A stretch of DNA of 64,000 bases from Prorocentrum cordatum (taxonomy: Eukaryota): the NCBI GenBank assembly GCA_963575745.1, contig CAUYUJ010000149.1, positions 1-64,000 of the forward strand, in the 5' to 3' direction. A program made the position numbers and the translations under genes. The notes beneath the pieces were generated by a model. It saw nothing but the letters and a program-made list of their open reading frames with translations, was not told the DNA's origin and searched no databases. Numbering within the stretch: the stretch's first letter is position 1; every line of letters begins with the position of its first letter. Below are positions 51,251 to 64,000 of the stretch, in pieces.

Positions 51251-52065
51251 TGAGCATAAAGGCGCCCCATGCGGCCCATGATATACCTCATGCCCAAGAC
51301 GCCCCAAGGGAGGGGTCCAACGAGGCTCCAAGACGGCCCGAACGCGCTCCGAGAGGAGCCAAACCCGCCTGAGGTCGTTCCCATGCTGCCGAGGATGGCC
51401 TCGAGACAATCCGAGAGGACCGCAATGCGGCCCAAAACGGTTTCAAGATAACCCCCAGACGGCTCGAGAGGCCAGAAACCCAAGCAGCCCACGGGGACCC
51501 CCAACTTCACCCCCAGGCTGTCCGAGGGGCACCCTCGAGGGGCCAAGACGGCCCAAGGAAGACCCACGACGGCCCCAGGAGGCGTCGTCGCCGTCATCGT
51601 CGTCAGCGTCGTCGTCGCCGCCGCCGTCGTCGTCGCGGTCGTCGTCGGAGCGCCCCCGACCCCCGGGGCCCGCGGGCGCGGGGGCGGGGGCGGGGGGGGC
51701 CGAGCTCCGGAGAATCAGGGCCTAAATCGCTGGCAAGGCGGGGCGACCAGGATGGGGGGGCAGGATAGGGGAGCAGGACGAGAAGGAGAGAGGAGGAGGG
51801 GAAGGAGGAAGGGGAGAAATTATCACACCAGCCCTGTAGGGCGTGGGGTGGTCTAAAGCGCGTCCCCTTCCAACCCACCCCCTCGCCTTCGGGGATGGGT
51901 TTGCCCCTCCCCCTACACCCACCCCCTGGACCTGGACAGGGAGTTTCGCGAGGGGGCGGGGCTTCCAAGATGGCCCAATACGTCTCCAAAGGCGCCTCAG
52001 AGAGCCCAAGGTCACCTCCAAGATAGTTCAAGATAGCCCAAGATGCCTCAAGATGGCCCCCGAGA
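51251..52065. repeat. CCAAGA(C/T)GGCC-family interspersed repeat, related to 29079-30988 (opposite strand)
   Basis: Recurrent CCAAGACGGCCC and CAAGATGGCCC words. Confidence 0.55.
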
Positions 52066-52110
52066 CGACGACGACGACGACGATGACGACGACGACGACG
52101 GCGGCGGCCG

Positions 52111-52145
<35 letters not shown>

Positions 52146-53379
52146 GGGCCCAAAGAGCAAGGATCGGTACTCTAGGGGAAAGCCGCGGGGCGAGGGAGGC
52201 AGGGCAACGGCGGCCCACCCGAGGACGCGCCGTTCGAACCGAGCTGCTTCTCCACGAGCTGCTCGTTCTCCGCGGCCTGCGGCGGCGCGCGGAGGGGGGG
52301 GATGGGGAAGAGGGGGGAGGGGGGGCGGGGGTGGGGCGGAGGGAGGGGGTGAGGTTCGGATAGAGCGAGAGATGATGAGACGCGCGGCCCTCGGGCGACA
52401 GCGCGCCATGGGCCTCCAGCATGCCGCGCCCCGTACGAACAGTGTCACTGGGAAGATGCAACGGTGCCCAGGTACGGAGAGTGGACCAATAGGGCGGCAC
52501 AGGCGACAGCGACGACGACGCCGACGACGACGCAAGAAAGACGGGGCGGATAGGGCGATGGGCGGCGGCGCGCCGCCGCGGGCCTGGGCAGGAACGTGAG
52601 CGAGCACGTGGCCCTGGTCAGCAGCAGCAGCGTGTCCGCGATCACATCCTGCGCAGGCGGAGGGCCGATGCTTGCCGCAGCCGCATGCCGACGTCGCTGT
52701 CGCACCCGACGTCGGCGGCGCCCGCTGCCGCCACCCCGACCTCGCATTCCTCCTCATCCTTCCGACCCCATTTCATCCTCATTGACCTCGCCTACATCCT
52801 CCCCGACATCATCCTCGTTTCTACAATGCCCGACCGTGCATATACATATACGTAGATGCGTCGTCGTGCATGAGAGTGCGAGTTGAGCAGTGTGCAGTGC
52901 GTCCCTGGAGGGAGTACAAAGGATGTGATTTCTGGTGCCATCCAAAACCACATGTGCACATTTTGACCCAGTAGAGCTGTCAGTCAGCCTTGGTGAATGC
53001 GGCCGTGCGCCGACGGATGCCGACTGGCGCCGCCGCTGGCGCCCTCCAGTTGCGGGGTGCCGCGGCGTCAGTGAGGGGGCAACCCAAAGTCTTATCCTCC
53101 GACCATTGGACCTCGGTCGCAATGGAGCTCGACCACCTCCTCCTCCCCCCTCTCCTTCCTCCTCCTCCTCCTCCTCCTCCTCCTCCTCCTCCCCGCCCTC
53201 CGCATCTGGCCCCCCGCCCCCCGCGGCGGCGCTCCTCCGCTCGCGATGGTCATCGGGTCGAGGGGGTTCCACCGATCGGTCCAGTGGTAATTGCCACCCG
53301 CTGTGACGGCGGCCCACTCGGCGCTCGACCCAGCGAAAGAAGATGGTTGCGGGATGGTCTTTGGGGCCCACCTCCTGCC

Positions 53380-53676
53380 CCCCTCCTCGCCGTTGATCGT
53401 TGCCATTCGCATGCACTCATTGTACGCATGCTGGAGGAAGCTCGAACGGCCCGTCACCACGAGCTCGCGCCCGAACGTACGGCTCCTGACGCGGGCCTTG
53501 CACCACGTCAGATTCAAGATCCATTGCGCTTGCGATGCTGTGATCGTGCCTGATGGCAGGGGCTCGCGCACGGTGGCTATCGGGCCGAATACAGGGGGGC
53601 CGTACTCAGACATGCTGGTCGTGTGTCTTGAGCGCAAGAACACCTGCGGCGTGCTTGCCATTGCAACCGTCGCCAT
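53380..53676 (-). CDS. Possible small cargo ORF, weakly KH-domain-like
   Basis: ...ITASQAQWILNLTWCKARVRSRTFGRELVVTGRSSFLQHAYNECMRM resembles the KH helix-strand-strand-helix pattern but lacks GxxG. Confidence 0.3.
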
Positions 53677-54582
53677 CGTCGAAGCCGCGATCCAGACCCC
53701 CCCCCCGCGCGGGCTCGTGGGCGGGGCTGCGGGCGCAAGGGCGAGGGAGGGGCAGTGGGACTACGTCATTGGGAGGGTGGCGAGGAGAGGGGCGGCTGGA
53801 AGGGGGCGCTGGCAAGGGTGATGGCCCCCCTCTCGACGACGACGCTGCCAGGCGGCTGGCAGCGAGACAGACGCGGTCGAGAAAAGATCGGCGCGCTCTC
53901 TCCGCGCGCCACGCCCATCGCTCCAGGGGCAAGGCTGGCGGGCGGCAGCAAACGCACATATTTTCCGAGCTGCGTCAGGCAGTGGCGATGAGGAGCCCAA
54001 GGAAGGGTCGGGTCACGAAGGGGCGCCGTGCCGCCCCCGACTAGCCGTTCCCTTCCACCCCTGTCCTTGCCATCCAATGGCAAACCCCTCTCGGTCGCCA
54101 GCCCGACCTGGCCAATTGTCCGCTGGTTGTTTTGTTTATCCTCTGCGGGGTCTGCATTCAGTACGATGAGCGCGTGCCAAGCACACGCGCTCGCAAGAAG
54201 CAAGCGTCGTGCCCATCGGAGCTGCCGCATGTCTGAGCAGCTCCTCTAAACTTAACAGTGCCTAGATGCATGCTTTCAATAATTCCGAACCCGCCCTCCG
54301 TCAGCCTCTGAGAAAGGATCCCAAGACGGCCGCAGAGCGACCCCCCCTGAACCGCCCAAGGTGCCCTCAGCAAGACCCCGCCCGCCGTGAACGGCATGGC
54401 CACGTGGTGGGCCCGAGAACCCCCAGGATGGCCCCAAGAAGATAGCTTCGTTTCGATCCCAACGCTGCTCTCAGAATCGCCCGAGGGACCCCCCCACACC
54501 AATGCATCAACACATGCATCGTCCACCCCTTGCTCACCGCCAACCCCGTGGCTCCCGCAGCCCTGCTCCTCCTCATCGTCGT

Positions 54583-54632
<50 letters not shown>

Positions 54633-54814
54633 TCTCCCTCTCCCTCTCTCTCTCTCTCTCTCGCTCGCTCGTTGCCGCCACCTCCCTCATTGCACTCCTT
54701 GCATCCCTGCCTCGCCCCGAACCCTCCCCCTCGCCATCCCCCCTCCACCTATGCACCAAGGGGTCGCCGCGTGCGGGCGCTTGCCCACCATGACGAGTCG
54801 CCTAAAATTGGCAC

Positions 54815-58348
<3,534 letters not shown>

Positions 58349-58629
58349 GCATGGTGCCAAGCACTGAGCACAATGTGCTACGGATAGGGGTTGGGGGTTA
58401 TGCCAACGGCCCATCGTTCCAAACCCCAAGCCACACATAGGGCCCCTACCGCACGGCCTCACCACCGCAAGCCTCTTCATCTCCCCGCCGCCCACAGCCC
58501 CCAGGATACTGGTCAGTCATGAGCGCTTGGGGCGGGGTGCGTATTTCGACCAACCCATCCGTTGTTGGGGGCCGAACGGTCCTTCACTGTACCTGGGTGC
58601 GTGGCTGAAGTGAGGTTCCGCGATGCGTG

Positions 58630-59122
58630 TTGTTGGGTGGGTGGTGTTTGGGTGGCGGGTGGTGGGTGGTCAGTGGGTGGTGGGTGGCCGGTGGGTGGTC
58701 AGTGGGTGGTGGGTGGGTGGTGGGCGGGCGCGGGTGGGCGGTGGGTGGGGCGGTTGCGGGTGCGGGGGGGGGGCGGTTCGGAGGTGGGTCGGTGGGGGGT
58801 GATGGGGGAGGATGGTGGTGGGTGGGTGGTGGATGGTGGGTGTGGGTGGGTGGTGGGTGGGTGGTGGGTGGTGGGTGGTGGGTGGGTGGTGGGTGGTGGG
58901 TGGTGGGTGGTTTAAAATGGGTTGCATGTGGGTGGTGAACGGGTGGTTGGTTGCGGGTGGATGGTGGGTGGGTGGTGGGTGAGTGGTGGGTGGGTGGTGG
59001 GTGGGTGGCGGGTGGGTGGTGGGTGGGTGGTGGGATGGTGGGTGGTGGGTGGGTGGTGGATGGGTGGTGGGTGGGTGGTGGGTGGGTGGTGGGTGGGTTG
59101 TGGTTGGGCGGTGGGTTGGTTG
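58630..59122. repeat. (GGT/GGGT)n tract
   Basis: Directly visible; strongly G-skewed. Confidence 0.9.
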
Positions 59123-59987
59123 GTACCCTTGCCCGCGCCTCCGCCCCCTCACTCTTATCCGTAAGCGCGGGGCGCTGCGTGTGTATATATGTATATTCTA
59201 CGTGTCAGGCGCCACCGAGACATGCGTTTCCGAGCTGCGTCCAACTTCGGCGACGAGGCTGAGCTCGGGAAGGGGGGAGCCAAATCACGAAACCGACGAA
59301 CCCAACATTAACTGCAGACAAGCACAGACGACGACGCTAACGACGTCGACGACAGGGACGACGACGATGGACGATGGAAGCGAACACAAAAACGACGACG
59401 ATTACGACGACGGGTGACGACGAAGACAACCACCACGACGACGTTGACGGACGACATTCCGCCTCCTTCCTCCTTCATCGTCCCCGCATTCCCCGACATC
59501 CCCGAGACAGTTAGAGTAGCCAGAGAAGTTATGAAAAGTTAAGAACAAGTTAAGGGACAACTGAGAACAACTAATGAAAGGATACGAGAAGTTATGAAAT
59601 GATGTGAAAAGTTATGACAAGTTATGAAAAGTTGGGCAGGTTAGCTTGCAACTACACCGCAAATATAACACAAATGCAACACCCGAGCCCCAATTGCACT
59701 CTAACTTCTGTGTAAGTCTGGCCCAACTCATGTATACATCGCCTAACCCCAGATTCTGCAAAGTGGGCCCCTCCCCGTCCGGGCCCCCCCGGCGTGGAAC
59801 CCCCCGGCCCAGGCCCCCCCGGTCTAGACCCCCGGCCCAGACCCCCCCCTCCTTGAGACTCCAAGGTCGGTTAATTACGCGGGGTCGAATTATTTTACGC
59901 TTAACAACATAATTTTCTGCGGGTCGATCAATTAATAATGCGCAAGCCAAAAAATTAATCGACCCGAACTTTTCACGTTAAACTGGC

Positions 59988-62063
59988 TCAACTGGGAGGG
60001 GCCTCGCGGCGTTCCTTCCACAGCGCGCGCGCAATCGGCCGGCCACAAAACTTCGCGACGCATGCCGGCGAGAACGCACTCGCGGATCTCTTCTGACCCC
60101 TCCTTCGGCCAAATGCAGCTACAGATCCACCGAGACCCTCGCCCCTGTAGTTCCAGCGCTTCGCTGGCTCGCCGCCTTCCATGCAGAGCTCTAGAAACAT
60201 ACGCATTCTAGGCTTGACTATAAAATGCGCTGGGGGCGCGTCTTCCAAAGCGACCGCCTGCGCAGTGCATTTCATTGAACGCTCGCGATGAATGTCCACG
60301 CCAAACGGGCGGCTGCCAGACAGCGCGTCGCAAGACCGACTCAAGCCCGCCATCGCAGCGCGAACAGGCGATTCTACAGCTGCCCGCTGGTCGGCGCCAC
60401 CCCGACGATTCAGGAATGCATCCGCGATCTCCATCGCCCATGGAACCGCGTGCCTGAGCATCCCCGCGCCGCCCCTCATCTTAGCCGTCTTCGCCTTCCT
60501 CCCTTCACGACGCCACGCGTCAGCTTCGGCAAGCGGCTGGTCTTCTCACCTGGCGGCTGCCTGTCGTAGAACGCCAGCAAATGACGATGCAGCGTCAGCG
60601 CGCGGGCTTTCTGGGCAGCGTAAGCAACCTTTCTGCGCGTCACGAGATACCAGACCAAAGCGCCGACGCAGTCAGCCGCCACTCCCAGGTCAACGGCGCG
60701 CAGCCAGTCTAACTTCAGCAACTTGTCGCTTGCAAACGGCACTGGGAGGAGAGGGCACACAGTCGCGCCCGAAGCGATGATCTCCCTAATGATGTCCGAC
60801 CATGTGCGGCGATGCGTTCCCCGCGGCGCGTCTCTCCCAGTCTGCGACTTCACCTGAACGCGGGCTTCTGAAAGCGGTGGCGCCTCCTCTTCCTCAACCT
60901 CATTATCCTCCTTCTGTTCCCCCTGCTCCTCCATGCGCTCCTCCTTCTCCCGTTTTTCCTCCTCCTGCTCCTCTTCCTCCTTCTCCTCCTGCCCCTCCCC
61001 CCCCAGCCCCCCCCCCCCCCCCCTTCCTTCCTCTTCCCCTTCCCGCCCTTCCCCCTGCCTGCGGCAGGGGCCGCAAGACGACGACCCCCTGCGAGATGGG
61101 CGTTTTCACCCATAAGTCCCCCCTCCCGCTGGGGGATTTTCATCCACAAGCTCCCCTCCAAGAGGTGATATTGATCCATAAGTTTCCGCGGTGATTCGGG
61201 CGCCCACGGGCCTCGAACTTCTCGATGCTGCACAGGAAGCAAACCTCCTCGCCCTGCCAGCCAGGTAGTTTGAGCACCTCCTTCATCATCTCCCAGCCCC
61301 CCTTGATCTGGCAAAGCACCCCACCAATCGGTAAAGAACCCCGCTGCCGCTTCCTCCAGGCGTCTGTCGATTCGACAAGAGGGAGCCCGCCGCGCCGCGC
61401 CGTCGGCCGACGCTTCGCAGCAAGATGAATGAAACTCCATTGCACCACGGCAAAGATATCATCAAACGTGTTGGGGCCAACATGCTCTTTGAGGAACGCA
61501 GCGAGCGGCGCCCGCGTGTTTTTTTCCAGCTGCCTGCAGCCCCTGGCAACATGATGCTGACGATGTCTGCGGTCATTCATCGGCCCCAGAAGCAGGGGGC
61601 GCCGTCCTGCCACGCGCCCAGGGCCACGAGATCGTCGCAAACGCTCTCAACCCTCGCATTCTGCACGCGGCGCCAAGACACGCCGTCGAGATTCGATGTC
61701 TCCAGAAGCGCCCGCCGATCGCCAAAATGATGAAGCTTAGACAGGATCTCGCGCGGAAGCAGCATCGCAACATCCATCAGCTGCTCTGTTTCAGACTTGG
61801 GGGCCCAGCCCCTCACCTTGCAGCGATGCAGAGGAGGCCACCCCTCCTTGAAGAATTGGCGCCTGAATCTCCTGGATGCGTTTTTTCATGCCCGACGCGG
61901 TCCCAGAGGTCTGCAGGTCGGCACCTCCTGTCGCAGACGCAGAGACGGCGTCATTGATCAACTGAGCACCGCGCTGCCCGCTGATCACGCTGCTGCTGAT
62001 TAGGTCCTCCACGTTCGCTCTCAGCCGCCTCTGCGGTGGCAACTGCAGCATCTCGCAAGGCAA
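59988..62063 (-). pseudogene. Transposase 3, a more divergent member of the same superfamily; heavily decayed
   Basis: LVALGAWQDGAP...QIKGGWEM...CFLC...LDWLRAVDLGV...MRGGAGMLRH...VKPRMRMFLEL...WNYRGEG preserves the same motif order with catalytic positions mutated. Stops, frameshifts and an insert at about 60.85-61.2 kb. Confidence 0.6.
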
Positions 62064-62347
62064 CTCGCGCTTGGGAAGCGCGCCGACGGCCCTCGAGCCC
62101 CCCCGCGAGAGGCGAGTGCGACTACGGATATGCCCTGAGCCAATGATACGGAAGCGAACGGATGAGCATTTCTCTGCACCGCGCCCCTCCTGGAGGGGAT
62201 CCTTCAGTCCCGCGGCTCCGCCCCCTCAGCCGCGTGACCTTCCGCCCCCCCTCCGCTCCGCCCTCCGCCCACCACCGCCGTCTGTCCAACGCCTGCCCTG
62301 CTCTCCTGCAATGCCTCCATTCGCGCCGCGGCCACTGATGTCCGACG

Positions 62348-62408
<61 letters not shown>

Positions 62409-62674
62409 CCCCACCCGCACCCCGCCCTGCGGCGAGGGGGTTTGTTTCGAACCGGGGCGGGCAGAGAAACGCGCGGCCTCTCACGAGGGGGACCTCTGCA
62501 AGAAAGAATAGTGGCGCGTCATGTTTTTTCCATGCGTCGACGCGCAGGCTGCAATGAACGCAATAGCTGTGTCGGGCGAGGCAGTACTTCCCACCCTGCA
62601 TATGGAAGTAACTATGGATATGTATCGAGGCCCACAGATCAATCGAGGAACTTCTTGAAGCGCTTGAGCAACAG

Positions 62675-63560
62675 CTAAACTCCCTCGCACGCGTGCCCCA
62701 TCGCGCTGCGGGCGGCAACGGCCTCGCACTTCAGCTTCACGCACATATCCGCATCCTTGCCGACAGAAGAAACGCTGACAATTTTGGCAATGAGGATCTC
62801 CATGTTCGCCTCGTGGCCATCCGCATTGACCACGCACTTCTTGCATTCAACCGCCCAGTTCTGGAACTGAGCGCGGCCCGCTTGATCCTGATCTCCAGCC
62901 TGCGCGAGCAACTGGTTCTTCGTGTGTTTCAACTCCTCGAGCTGCTTCTAATACTTGCAGAGCGTTGATGAAGGTGCGCGAATCCTTCTCCACAAGCTTC
63001 TCATCGCCCATGTTGCGCACCAGGAAGTACCATTGCTTTCAAAGAGGCCTCTTCTTTTCATCTTCCATTACAGGCTATTCTTCTGCGGTGCCATGCTCAG
63101 CGCTATTCTCCTCCCACCAGTCCTGCACGAAGGCCACGGCCTCCTCGATGTTCTCAAAATCTCCGATGCTGAAGTCATTCGATGCCGGCGCCTGCGATGC
63201 GTTCTGGTACCCCCTCTTGCCAGACCAGGCGCGCACCTCCTCGTTCGTGCAAGTCTCTTCGAAGGTGGACATCCAATCTAGCGTCTTCTCCTTATCGCTT
63301 GCGAAGCTCTGCAAGCAGCGCCTCCGATCGCTTGGGTCTTTCATCCCGTTCCACATGGCCTGCGCTGCTTTGGCTGTCCCTGCAGCGGACGTAGTTTTGC
63401 CGTCGGCGCCCTTCCTCTCGGACTGGCAGCGGAGCCGCGCCCTCATTTTGTCGGCCTCGACCTTGTCGAGCCCGCTGCCCTTCGGAGCAGCCTTCGCTTT
63501 CTGTGCCGCTGCGGGGCCCGGCTTGCCATCGGTCTTCTTCTTCAGGGCCACGCTGCACAC
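62675..63560 (-). pseudogene. Cargo ORF of element 3 (unknown, basic N-terminus), frameshifted
   Basis: ALKKKTDGKPG...DKMRARLRCQ...LDWMSTFEE...GYQNASQ, continuing to LKHTKNQLLAQ...ECKKCVVNADGHEANMEILIAK. Co-oriented and directly upstream of transposase 3. Confidence 0.5.
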
Positions 63561-64000
63561 TGGCGCGATGAGAGCGCCCATCAGGAGCAGAGGAGCGACG
63601 CCGGCAGGGCCGCCCACGGCTGCCGCGAGCGCAAACACACCCAGCACTTGCACTCACAAAAGCTTCGGCAAGCCCGATCGCCTCGCAGCCTCAACACCTG
63701 CTAACGAATTGCAAGTTCATCGTCGCCGTCGTCGGCGTCGCCGAGGCATCCCCTCAAAGAGGGGTTCGCTTCTCTCCCCCCCAAGGGGTTCGACGCCCTC
63801 GCGGTCGTCTCCTTTCCCTCCCAGAAGGGTCGTTTCATCGCTCATGGCGGCGCGGGCTCCTCCACAAAGGGGCAACGCGTTCCCTCAAAAAGGAATCCAT
63901 CTCCTCGCACTCGTTCTCGCAAGGGCCCCCCCCCCTCGGCAAGGGGCCCGCCATGGCTGCGCCGCGCCCCGCCCCCCTTCAGGAATGAGCACCTGCCCCC

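Noticed and set aside
62347..62407. About 60-nt poly-C run
   Set aside because: Homopolymer with no supportable function; its length is possibly a sequencing artefact.

Overview
GC-rich, repeat-dense eukaryotic DNA, most likely from a dinoflagellate (inferred from GC/GA splice donors and spliced-leader-like motifs). Most ORFs in the supplied track are artefacts of micro- and minisatellites. The supportable content is as follows. (1) Five exons of a minus-strand Xaa-Pro dipeptidase (prolidase) gene at 454-4720, running off the window start; its first intron looks like a complete TIR/TSD mini-transposon. (2) MITEs and tandem or higher-order satellites at about 5-30 kb. (3) A 5'-truncated, decayed RNase H-bearing LINE at 16.5-18.8 kb. 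(4) A probable retrogene at 19.5-20.1 kb. (5) From about 28.4 kb to the end, three adjacent large, multi-gene, degenerating DNA elements, each with a transposase-like gene resembling the CACTA/EnSpm-Plavaka group, plus cargo ORFs. Two of the three are bounded by inverted repeats and all abut the same CCGGACCCC satellite. Most of their ORFs are preceded by a degenerate genomic copy of the dinoflagellate spliced leader. All protein family calls come from motif recognition by eye; no searches were run.
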